A stretch of DNA of 64,000 nt, from assembly GCF_023055435.1 (NCBI RefSeq), contig NW_025963868.1, positions 23,870,001 to 23,934,000 of the forward strand, written 5' to 3'. This document shows, piece by piece, positions 38,466-50,757 of this stretch (positions are counted from its first letter, which is position 1; every line of letters starts with the position of its first letter). The notes below the pieces were generated by a model. The model ran no database searches. It was not told the DNA's origin and was given only the letters and a program-made list of their open reading frames with translations. The translations under genes were made by a program, and so were the position numbers. The stretch is from Haliotis rufescens. Taxonomy: Eukaryota.

Positions 38466-39544
38466 ACGTTTGAATATGTTTCGAGTGTTTGTGTGAGCGT
38501 GTATCTGCATGTACGTATAGGTGTCCGTGCGTATGTACATGTGTTGATAGGTTGTATCACAATATGTTGAATGTGTAATCACGTCATAGCGTAAGAACGT
38601 TGAGCAACTTGCTCCTGCTTTTGCTGCAAAGGTATTCAAAAAGCATTTTGAAATACTCACAATTAAAACATAATATCTAAATTGAACCACTTGTTGATGA
38701 TAAAAGTCTAGCCTGCTTTCAAGAAAGACAACCTTTGTATTATGTTAAATATGCATAATCCTTTGAATCAGCCTTGCAGTAAATTCCCTCACAACACATC
38801 ACTTTGATACGCCAGATGCCGAGCCATGTTAAGTGGCATTTCGTATGCCGCAGTGCAGAATGCTGGCTGCTGTGAAATGTTTAGCTTGTGTGCGGATACC
38901 TGTATTCCAATGATGACATAAATATTTCGTCTTTGTTGCAAATAGTTACAAATCAGTAATTTAAAACCTTACAACGTTTAGCCCTGAGTTTATGAGCACG
39001 CATGGTCATGTATTCTATGTGAAAATCCAAATGTAATATATAGAGAGAGCTTTCTAGACCCCTTAGCATTTTCACTTTCAACTTGAAGGGAATTGGTGAT
39101 CAGTTGTTTATCCTTAACCATAACCAAAGAGCGCATTGTCAGAACCTCGAAGTATATTTGTGACAACTGAGATCGTGACTGTATTATCAAATGATCAACG
39201 TATCCCAACACAAATGTTCCTGGGATAAAAGGAATGTTAAAGTGATATCGTTCACAATAAATAAAACAGAAGTTCTCTCACTACTGTATATTTTTGTATT
39301 TCATTGTTAGAGAGAAGGATGAATAGATGTGTTTTCTGTAGTCCGTTCTAAAGTACTTCTTATAAATAGCTCACTTTTACCATTTGAAAGCTCATTGTAG
39401 TTGTAATACGTCCACATGGGTATTTGTTATACACAGCATGTAGTTCACGGTGTTACATATGAAGTACCTATTAAATGTTTTGATCATAATCAGATTCTGA
39501 AATATTATTCATTCAGTTTTTGGGATTCCTTACATGTATCACCC

Positions 39545-42500
39545 TCAGTGACTTCCAACGATCACTGCCACAGTGGACAGATAACCCCCAGCCTCGGAGA
39601 AGCTAAGTTTGACGTCGTTGTTGTGTTGATGTAGCATGTTGCTGGGGACGTTGTACTCAAATACCTCCCATACAGTGTCTTCACCAGCGCCGCTGTGGGT
39701 ATGCAGTGAGTAGAAGGACGTCAAGGTGTGCGTGTTAACAACCACCGTCTTTAGTTTCTGATGTGGAGACTTCATGCTGAAACTGACACTAACTCTCAGA
39801 CGAACAAAGTCAATGTTGCCAATGTTCGGGACGTTTACTTTAACATCGACGACGGTGTTGTGAATGGCGACAACCATGTCGGTGGAGTAGTAGGTGTTCT
39901 GTGTCACAGTCGGAGCATGGGCAAAGTTGTGGGTTGTGTGGAACTGGAAGTAACAACTCGCTTCAGCAGGAACGGTTACCGTGGAGTTTGTGACGTGAAC
40001 TGGTTTGTTTGTATCTAGAGTTGGTTTCTTCTGTGCGTTTAGATATTCACAGGTGGACTTTCCACTTGATGTATGGAACCAACCTTTGTCAAAATTAAGC
40101 TTCACGTGACTTGGCTTTTGGTCAAGGTTGTGCAAAAGAATGCTGAGACTTCCGTTCCTTTGATCAACTAAGACGTGCGATACAACCTTTCTTTCAGCGT
40201 TATGGAACTGACTGTCAATACGCAAGTATGTCATTGTGTCATAGAAGGACTTCCAGAACTTGAAAGCTTGCGCAATGTCCCTCTCCTTATGGTTTTTATC
40301 AAGGATGCTGTAGTTAATACTTGCCTGCCCAAGTAGATCAGTATATGTGAGCAAGAAAGCTACCGCTTTTCTCATGACATCCCGACGTTGTAGAAAGGTG
40401 AATATCTGGGAATTATGTTGATAAATATACGCCCAGTCAAGATAGGGGGAGGGTTTCTGTACATCAAGTCCTGATACCGGACCGAGACCAAATTCACTGA
40501 CAATGATATCAATCAATTTACCTTTCTTCTTCTGAGAATAGCTCTCAACAAGATCCAGAAGACCAAATAGCCTAGCTTCGGAACTCCCGTGGAAATGGTG
40601 TGAGCCTCCACTCACATCCATACTTGAGTAGGAATGAAATGAGAAAAAGTCTAAATGGTTCAGAGCCATGTCCAGAAATTTAGCCAATGTCTTCCAAGTC
40701 CGGAAGTCATTACGGTCAAACAAAATTGAAGCTCCAGTATACGTTGGCCAACCGACCTTGATATTCGGATATTTTGCCTTAATCTTCTGAGCTACAGCCC
40801 GATGAAATGTGATAAAGGTAGTCCAGTTTGTGTTCTTCCATTGACCATCTGGTTCATTGATTACTTCAAAGAATTGAGGCGGTTTTCCATTGGTTCCTTT
40901 GTTGACTGCGTCGATCAGCAGGAAGACGAACTCGGCTGCTGCATCGATGTTGTTAGGGAAGAATCCGTGGTGGGCAGAGGTGTCTATCCAATGAGGCCAA
41001 TACAAACCTAAATAAGAAAAATAATGCCTCTGAGTGAGTGAATGAAAGTGCATCCTCTTCTGTCAACAACTTTTAAAGGATATTATGACGACATTATTCA
41101 TTATTATTTGTGAGAAATGAGGTTACTTCTTTCGACCATAGAATATAAGATAAACACTCCTCAAAACACACTCGCGTGATAACCTCTATTGATTCAAACT
41201 GGAATAATAATTGAAATACCTTTTATTTCCATGACAACTTCAGGATTGCCATATCCATTCACGACGTTCAAGTAACTGTTGCTGATTTTGTTTTGATTGG
41301 CCTGAAAGTACTTCGGATCAGGATAGCCCTTCTTGTTTGGGTTCTCAGGTGCCTGACATGAAACGAGATAGAAGGTTAAATGTTCAAGTGAGTGAGTGAG
41401 TGAGTGAGAGAGTGAGAGTTTTAAGCTGCTGTGGACTGTTTTATATTACGGCATGTCAACATGCTTGGTTGCTCAAACAATATTAGGACTAACCAGGATT
41501 CGAAATTTTGATCATAGGTCTCTGGCAGGCCAAAGGGGCGTAACACTGCACAACCAGTCGCGACACCTCAGTGCGTCCTGTACCTCTTGAAATTTAATCA
41601 TGCCCCTTACACGATTAGTATTAGTATGCCATTGCTGAATTTATCTTGTAAGTTAGATCGTTGGGTAGTGATATGTATTGAGTGGCATTACAGTTGCATG
41701 AGGCGAGGAGCTAGCCTTACACCTCGGTCGTCACGAGGTGCCGTGGTTCAACTCCTCACACGGGTACATTGTGAGAGAGTGAGTGGGTGAGTGGGACACT
41801 GAGTGGGCGAGTGAGATAGTGAGTGTGTGAGTGGGAGTGATGTTTAGCTATAAAACGATACGAACATGTTTCTAATAATTGCATCCTGTCAGCAAAGGAC
41901 AGCGAAACAGTTTGAACAATATTGCACATTGAAAATTATTTTAAATTATCACCATTATCACCAACAGTAAACTAAGTTAGACCACGTTTCTAGAGACCAT
42001 GGAGGACATCAATTCGGCTACTAGTTGCTGTATGCAATGCCACACTCCCAACTCATCCACACTAAGTGTGCCCTGTCGTGATATTGCTATGATGTTGCTA
42101 AAAACGGCGTAAAACCCAGTCCCTTAAATATTCCTTCTTTCAGAGGTGGCACAGTCGTCAAAGGCGCACGCGAGAAACGTATGATCGTGAGTTCGAATTC
42201 CTGTTTGCCCCGTTTATGTTTAGGTTTGTCTCCTTACTCTTGGTTTGCACCAAAGTGGTAGACGTTAGAAACATGCATCACCTCAGGCTTTCTTCCCACA
42301 TTAAGCTGACACGCTGTGACATAACTGGAATACTGTTAAAAGCAGCGTTTAACCAAACTCTCTCGCTCACTCATTTATAAGGAGGAGCATTACAGTGCTA
42401 TTTTAAGACTCGGATATAATAAAATATGTCCCACCTTCTCAAACAACCCGTTTCCCAAGTCTCTGTTCAACCATCTGGCTGCGGTAGCTCCAACCTCCTT

Positions 42501-42665
42501 AACAAGAGGAATTGTTGTTGAGCTGTCCAATCCATTCTTCCCATTCCATCGCCCGTGGTCGAAATGTGTAACTTTCCCAATCTTCAGAATTTCAGGAAAG
42601 ATGGACACGGTGTAATCACATCTTGCGCTTGATAGAATAGACACGAAAAGTGTCAGACATTTCAT
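39545..42665 (-). CDS. GH86-like beta-porphyranase/beta-agarase, paralog D (3 exons, 608 aa)
   Basis: Exons 42665-42435, 41352-41220 (APENPNKKGYPDPKYF...VVMEIK G|GT) and 41007-39545 (atttag|GT TTG TAT TGG). 1827 nt in frame. Both catalytic motifs intact, but GGP is changed to GWP. Confidence 0.83.
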
Positions 42666-42942
42666 GTCTGCTGTTTTCACGCTAGATATATCTCCCAACG
42701 AGAGAATGAGTGCTAATCAGTTGACTCGGCTGTACCTCATATACATGCATAGGAAAGAATGTTCCTATCTTATCAGTTACATGATCCCAACTGTTAATAC
42801 AGACATTGCAACCTTAAAAAGACACCCATGTAAGGTTAAAGTTAGATCGCATTTTAATTATAAACCTTGCCGTATGTGTGGCACTAAAGTATATTTTCAT
42901 GAAATCAGTAGGCTATTGTTAGCTGAATCTGTTGTAACTGAG

Positions 42943-43108
42943 TGAGTAGGTGAGTGAATATGGTTTTACGCCGCTTTTAGCAATATTCCAGCAACATCAC
43001 GGCGGGGGACACCAGAAATGGCCTTCACACATTGTATCCATGTCGGAATCGAACCAGGTCTTCGGCGTGACCAGCGAACGCTTTGACAACTAGGCTACCC
43101 GACCTCCC
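42943..43108 (-). mobile_element. SINE family 3 with a 14-bp TSD
   Basis: TSD CTGTTGTAACTGAG at 42929-42942 and 43109-43122. The paralogous site upstream of gene A (about 13135) is empty. Confidence 0.85.
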
Positions 43109-43603
43109 CTGTTGTAACTGAGACGCCAATGTATTATTAGTACATAATTATAAACATATATCATATATATTCGTGTTGTTAGGGAGGGGTACATTTAAAA
43201 CATAACAGTGGCATGTGCAGTGACTAACATTTAGCTGTAGCATATACAAATATTTTGAATGACATCTTCATGATAGAGATTTGTGATAATATTCATGAAA
43301 TGTCAGATGGCATTGGAGTGATTCTGTGAGCCAAACTTCGTTTTTTGCAGTTGAAGGTTAGTAGTGGGACATGATACTGGTATAATCTATGCCAACACGA
43401 ATAAGTGTAATGACGTCTTATTACAAGAAGGTCGCACTTTGGTTGAATGTCGCAAAAAATAGAGTTAATTCAACATCATTCATATACTTTTAACCGCTAA
43501 CATGCCTTTGGAATGTTCTGGCGGATAATCGGGAGTTATTGTTCTCTGGCGTTGACGTTTTAGGTAATGCATTTGACGATTGAATTGTCATCCCTGATCT
43601 CGA

Positions 43604-43722
43604 GGTTGGTCCGTTGCTGACTGCGTCGACCAGCAGGAAGACGAACTCAGATGCAGCATCGATGTTGTTAGGGAAGAGTCCGTGGTGGGCAGAGGTGTCC
43701 AGCCAGGGAGGCCAACTCACAC
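43604..43722 (-). pseudogene. Exon 3 5' fragment (A-type) of a GH86-like gene
   Basis: WPPWLDTSAHHGLFPNNIDAASEFVFLLVDAVSNG, then homology is lost. A SINE sits at its splice acceptor. 43908-43950 matches the end of gene A intron 2. Confidence 0.8.
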
Positions 43723-44649
43723 CTGGAGTAAGTGAGTAGGTGAGTATGGTTTTACGCCGCTTTTAGCAATTTACCAGCACTATCACGGCGGGGGACACCA
43801 GAAATGGGCTTCACACATTGTACCCATATCGGGAATCGAACCCGGTCTTCGGCGTGACGAGCGAACGCTTTAACCACTAGGCTACCCGACCACCCCTCAC
43901 ACGTGGATACAAAACCATGTGGTGTGTAACGACAGCGAAATATCGATGTGCGTCATGATCATATAGCTGGAATATTGCTGAGTGCGGCGTTAAACAACAT
44001 ACCAACAATCAAAAGATCGATGTGGTGTAACTGTGACAATATAAGCAAAGTGTGCATCACACCATGAAGGCTGATGTGATATAGTTGTATTATTGCTGAC
44101 TGCGGCCACACAAATGCAAACATACAAGAACGTCTGTAGTGTTTGGCATTCTTAGAGGCGTAGACACAATTAGGTTACTCAAAGGAACGGTGTTAACAAA
44201 GAATAATTTGAATCATGCTTGCGTGCGTTAATCAACAACGCACTGAGCAATATCCAAGGTATACGACGACGACCTGTAAATAATCGAGTTTGGACCAGTC
44301 AATCCATTGATTGATATTATAAGTAACGATTCGGGGTTCATTCACGAGCTATCAACCATGTCACCGTGCCTGATTCTGACCACCCGACTATTTTGGTCGC
44401 TTTTCTGGGGACGACATCCATATCAATCGAAAAAAAAGTTCCCGGAATATTTTGACAAAAATTATTATATTTCAAATTGTCAGGAAAAAAAAGAAATTTT
44501 CTCCCAAAGAAATTATATTGTTGCAATGTGTTTTTTAAGAAATGTGTTGGCTCGTAGTTAGAATTAAAAACATATTTTGTTTCAAGACAAAATCCTGGCA
44601 AACACCCTACACCCCCACATTTCTCAACTTCAACTGTAAATATTTGTTC

Positions 44650-44888
44650 TTGTCTTCAATTTCAGTTTCTGGGCAACAACCTGGTGAATTTAACAATGAT
44701 TGTCCAGTTCATAGAATGAATCTGTGAATCTGGTTCATTGATGACTTCAAAGAATAACGGAACCTTCTCATTGGTTCCTGTGTCGACTGCTTCCATGACT
44801 TGAAAGGTAAACTCTGCTGCCACGTCGATGTTGTTGGGGAAGACGCCGTGGTGCTCGGACTTGTCCAGCCAGTGAGGCTAATCAACAT
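44650..44888 (-). pseudogene. Exon 3 5' fragment of a third-subfamily GH86-like gene
   Basis: VD*PHWLDKSEHHGVFPNNIDVAAEFTFQVMEAVDTGTNEKVPLFFEVINEPDSQIHSMNWT. Trp codon changed to TAG, then a frameshift near F-HQVVAQKLK. Confidence 0.8.
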
Positions 44889-46333
44889 CTGCAAAGACCC
44901 AGAAGATAAGGTATCGACATTTATTATTCATGAGGCCCTAGCAGTTTTTGTTTGATAGAGCATATTTTTCTCAGTCGGCTCTTCAGAACACCGAGATAAT
45001 TTCTATGAAAATAAAAGCCAAACACATTTTTCTTACCCACACCACTTTATTTTTCACAACCACAAGAATGTCTAGTGAAATATATTATCTTTGTCAATGA
45101 TGAAGACAATTATGTTTTGGTGCTTACCTTTTTCGCGAACACGTGGTATCGTAACAGATTTCCAGTGTTTTATTCATATAACTGACAAAGCTATTTTGAC
45201 TTTTAAGCTAAAGTGTAATATGTATGGGCGGATAATCTAGACTGGTAAATCTCTTGCATTGACAATTTATATTCAGTATTTGGGGAACAGGTTTATTTTT
45301 TCTTAATCCCAACTAGCCTTGTTTTTCTTAAGTGAGATTGTTACTTAGTACAGGCTTGATCAAGCTTGTAAACTTTAGCAAAAAAGCAGAACCTTCCTTG
45401 GATTTTCTATTTCGATTCATATACTCTGTTATTCTTAGTACTGAAGATGAAATTAGCGCTGGTGGTGGTCCCTAACGTAATGTGAAATGATTCGGAGGTT
45501 GGAGGTTTTGAACAGGTGCCGTTGATATAAAATGTACGTCCAAATAGTCATATTAATGTATTTTTCTGTCAATACCAGCACCAAGAACGCTGTTATCTTT
45601 GTTTGTCATCGATCACAAGTTATCATCAAAAATATGTAATTCTTATGCCTAGAAGGTTCCTGAGACAACTTTTCAAAGAAGGATTTGATTATGGTTTATC
45701 ATCTTTTGTAAAAGATGTTCAATGTCTCTTGCGAAAATAAATTACGGCTTTTACTGAACATGACCCTTTGTCACAAATAAATACGTCCTTGTGGATTATA
45801 CTGAAGAGCTTAACATCTTCATAATCTACACCTGCGGCAATTGGAGTTTTCCTAATACCTTAAGGCGACACCCAAGCGTCATGAAAACACATCTTAAGTC
45901 GTTATCTAACGATATACAAGTCGTGTTTGTCTAGCCATATATTCAAGGCTTGGTTATATGGACATATATTCACGTCGTGTGTTGTGTTTTCAGTATATAA
46001 TTTGACTAAGACTAGACATCAACCTTCATAACAACTTTGCCTGCAGCCATGTCGTAAAATCACGGACTTTTAGTGGAATTTGTAAACTATATATGGAGTT
46101 TCGCCTTGAATATATATGGGGGCACGCGTGGCCAAGTCGTCTAAGGCGCCGCGTTTCTACGCGATAATGTTTCTAGGTTTGTCAAGCACCATGCCCATGC
46201 TCGTGGGTTTTGACGAAGTCTTAGACCTGCATCATTTCGGGCTTTCCTCCCACATTAAGGTGTCATGCCACGATATAACTGGAATACTGTTAACAACGGC
46301 GTTAAACCCAACTCACTCACTCACTTGAATATA

Positions 46334-47864
46334 TAGTCAAATTAAAAACTTCACATTTTTAAATGTAATCCCATATATGATATACGACGGACAAATGTAT
46401 CAGAGAAGGTAATTTTTTATCATTAATGTCCAAAGAAGGATTTTAATTACCGGTGGTAACCATAATTTGTTCCAAGCACCTACGGGATTCGGTAATAACA
46501 TGAACAGTTTAAATCATAAGTCCCAAGCACGAGAATCTGATAGCACACAAGTTCAGTAGCGTGTATGGCCACCATGTGCGTTGACAACTGCCACACAACG
46601 CCTCCGCATGGACCTTGTGATGCTTGTGACACATGATTGGGAAGACGACGCCATTGTTGCTGCAAAATGGTGCCAAGATCTTGCAAATTCCGTGGTTGGT
46701 TCTGGAGAGTGCACAAGAGACTTCTGCCAAGAGCATTCCAGATGTGTTCGATGGGATTGAGGTCGGGAGACCTTGACGGCCAGTCCATGACGTTGACTCC
46801 CGCATTCTGAAGGAAATTCCTTGTCAAAATTGCTGTGTGGGGTCTGGCATTGTCGTGTTGGAAGATCAAACCGGGTCCATGTGCTGCCATAAAAGGCAGA
46901 AGTTCTGGTGCCAGTACCTAGTCGCGGTAAGCAGCAGCGTTGAGGTTGCCACGGATGACAAGAAGCCTGGAACGTGCATTGCCACAGAAAGCACCCAACA
47001 CCATGACACTTCCGCCTCGAAATCTGTCAACTTCCTGTACACAACACTGGGCGTAACGTTCATGACGGCGCCTCCACACCCTCGCCCTACCATCAGCAAA
47101 TCGAAGATTAAATCGGGATTCATCACTGAAGACGACTTGTTTCCAATTCCTCTGAGTCCATCGTAAGTGTCGCTGTGCCCACAATTGACGTTGACATCTG
47201 TGTAATTGAGTCGAAATCGGCCCGCAGTATGGCCGTCGTGCTTGAAGGTGAGCAGTTCTCAGACGGTTTCGAACAGTTTGCGCACTCAGTCTACCCCTAA
47301 ACAGTTCATTTCTTGTTGATGTAGCCGTCAAAAATCGGTTACGGAGGTGACGTTAAGATAACCTGATGTCTTCTGCATGTGACGTCACACATGGTCGACC
47401 TGGCCGAGGGCGATCAGCGGTCTTACCCGTTTGCTGTAGACGCGTCTGTAAATCATAAACAGTCCGTCGACTACAACCCATCGTCCTTGCGACTTCAGCT
47501 ACGGTCGTTCCCGTCTGCAACATGCCGATGGCACGTTCACGTTGCAAATTTGAAAGTCGTGGCATGACAAATGGCCGTAAAGACTTTTGTTTGCTTGTGT
47601 TTTTCTTTTTTTGTTCATGAATGCTAAAAAAGTATGCCTGAAACACGTGCAGTATTATGGCCACGTGACCACTTGCACGTGAAAAAACACTTTTGCCACT
47701 ATAGCGCTGTGCACATGATTTTGATCGATTCACCTGCACATAAACGGTGTTATCTGAAGACAATACGTGGCCATTACTGTTTAAATACACAATAAGGGCC
47801 CACAATGATAACTGGTCAAAATGTTAAAATTTTAGGATTGTGAACTTTTTAATTTGGTTCAGTA
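46334..47864 (-). mobile_element. Inactivated Tc1-family DNA transposon (second family)
   Basis: Imperfect TIRs (CAAATTAAAAA.TTCACA) in TA context. Transposase at 47565-46553 (MPRLSNLQRERAIGML..., FSDESRF, FQHDNARPH, SPDLNPIEHIW) split by several frameshifts. Confidence 0.88.
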
Positions 47865-49248
47865 TATATACCTTTCAACATAACCATTTGTGGGTTGTTC
47901 GGGTATTTCACACTGATGTCTTGCTGGTTGGGATCCGGGTTCCCCTTCCTGGCTGGATTTGCAGTGACCTCTATGGAAATGATTCATATACAGGGCTGGA
48001 TTGTTCAATGAATATGTGGTTCTGGGCCGGGAGAGCGAAACCTAGCCATAATGAACTCTAAAAGCTCTTCGCTTTCGTGAAGCTACAGTAAGACTGGTCA
48101 CGCTACAGTAAACACGGGATATTGCTGTACCGGGACTCTCAAATTACAAGAAAAACACAGAAATGCGTGTACCGTATTTACAGTAGTAATTTATTAGATG
48201 CTGAAGTATAGTATAGTTGCACAAAAGTACTTTACATTTAACAAATTTAATAACTCTAATACTTTAATATTTCATAGATGTACATTATAATTTCATTTAC
48301 TCCAAGTGGATCAGGTCACCAACGTGATCTGTGCACTCAACGTCGCCGATGACGTTGTTGACGAGATTGTCTTTCAGAGCCTGAACAAGTGCTGACCACC
48401 TCGCACGGTATCAACCATGGTCACTCGAACTTGTGCGTTAGCCATTTTGGACATAGATAACTTACTTACTTTGGAGATTTAACGTGCGCTTTATATTACC
48501 GTATATTCCTACGTGGGCGGGTATCCACAAGAATGTTATTTGTTTGCCTGCCTTAGTTAGGTCGTTGGAGCTTTTAAGTATTTGATTTATTAATTTAGGT
48601 CGGTTTTGGGTATTTTTGATTTGGAGGGCTTGCAGTCCACTTAGGGAGTCGGTAAGTATTAGGATTTTTTTTGTGTTTTTTTTATTCTTGATTATGGAGG
48701 GCTGAGGCCATGCCCATTAGTTCTGCCGTGAATACTGATTGGTTGTTTGGGAGTCAGGCGCCAATCTAAACTACGGTAATCCGGTGTTTTTATAGCAATT
48801 ACTCATTTTTCGCTTTCGTAGGACAAATACCCCAACTTGGGTTTTCGCTCTACTGATACTAGGGAAAATTGGATTTTCGCTAACCCGGCACGACACCGAA
48901 TATGTACCAAAATCAGTAATTCACTGGAAGATTCATTGAGCAATAAATGGTTCGGCTCCAACTATCAGAGGAAACAATCTTTCGAAACAGTGACCACCCA
49001 ATACGTGGGCGCTTTGCTTGTTATTTGTTCACCCTGCTTTTAGCAATATTTCAACAATATCACGGACACCAGAAATATGCTTCACTCATTGTAACAATGT
49101 GGGGAATCGATCCCGGGTCTTCGGCGTGACGAGCGAACGCTTTGACCACTAGGCTACCCCATCGTTCCTGTATATGCAAAAAGACATTACTCCATATGAT
49201 AGCTTAAATGGATAGAATTATCATTAAACCCCTCGCATGTTATCAGAA

Positions 49249-49605
49249 GACCGCCTCCGTGGTCTAATGGTAGAGCGTCCGCCCGGAGAGCGAAAGGTCC
49301 GGGGTTCGATCCCCGACCGCGTCATACCAAAATACGTTAAAAGATGGTACTTGTTGTTATCCTGTCTGGCGCTCGGCATTAAGGGGCTAAAACAAGGACT
49401 GGTCGGCTCGGAGTCAGTATACTGTGTCTGAGTGGGATATTCATGTTAAACTGCGGCATGGTATCTCAGTGAGCTAGCACTATAAATCGGCATCAGTCCG
49501 GACTAGTACAAGCAGCCACACAAACACAAACACGTACATGCACGTCGCTATATAAGTGCAATAATCTTGGACGCGACGTTAAACCCCATTTCACCTCACC
49601 TCACC
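49249..49605 (+). mobile_element. tRNA-derived SINE family 4 (Meta-domain-like), (CACCT)n tail
   Basis: A and B boxes, then GTCATACCAAAA..TTAAAAGATGGTACTTG..TGGCGCTCGGCATTAAGGG, which resembles the MetaSINE central domain. Copies at 57280-57645, 58252-58609 and about 16830-17060(-). Confidence 0.75.
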
Positions 49606-50757
49606 TATCAGAAATGAGCGGGCCACTGTAACTTGATTAGGCCCTCTTCTTGCTTGACGACGGACCATTATCAATTATCATTTGTTCTATGACATTTCCA
49701 TATTTGTAAAAGTGGGTCAGTGACATTCGGTGTGTGTTAATTGCAGTAATGTTTCAAAACCAATATTTTTATTTGATAACAAATTCTACCCATTTTAGCT
49801 TTAATAACGGTAACGCTATTTTTCAGGGCATTGATATTTGCAGAAGCCCTGGGTCTTTCCAACAGTTAATGATAATGTCCTGTGAAAATAGCATTCCCTG
49901 ATAACAATGATTCGTTAATCAGGAAAATTGTTACGACGAATGATATTGCGTCCGGATTAACGGAACTTAACTTCACACGTACCTTGCAAACAGAGCCTGC
50001 GAGAGATCCCTGCAGATCCACCCGGTGGTCACAGCTCGAAGATTCTTCATTATTGACACCTGAGCCGGGGTGTCAAACCCGTTTTACCATTCCACTTTTC
50101 ATTGTCACGCTTCCGATTTTAAGTTTCGGGGGAAACTGTGAGTGAATAGTCCCCTCATGCGACATTGCACAGAACGGTCAGCAGAAGCACCTGCACTGCG
50201 AGATGTTCATATGCTGACGACACAAATTGTTGGGTCCTTGTCCTATCTTATCATGGAAGGTCTAGACTGTGTAAATCCATATTACATTGTAACGTCTGCA
50301 GAACGTACACACCCATGTTTGATTGTGCAGAAACATGACACAAACACGAAACGGTTATTCGAAGGTTATGTGTTTGATACAGGAATCACTGTTGTATTTT
50401 GGACCATGAGTGTTTCTATGGGTTTTTTATGTTTTGGTCAAATCCAGTTTTCGAGTGTAGACCTTCTTTTGCGCGGAAGTGTATATGAATCCCACTTTTA
50501 CTAAATCCCTGATGAGCCGCGTTGTACATAAAAACCTATGTGCCTAATGTATTTTAAAAAATAACTACCGAACAAGAAAGAAACATTTTCACCTCTGACT
50601 TTATTCATACATACAGTGGTTGGAATTGTTTTGTCTCGAATGCATTACCTTGAAGAATAAAGGATGACTTTGTTAATTGTTTGAGGTTTTTAGCTTCAAA
50701 GGTCATCGTCATAATTATGTTTATCGTGAATTCTCTCTCTGACCATTGACAAATAAT

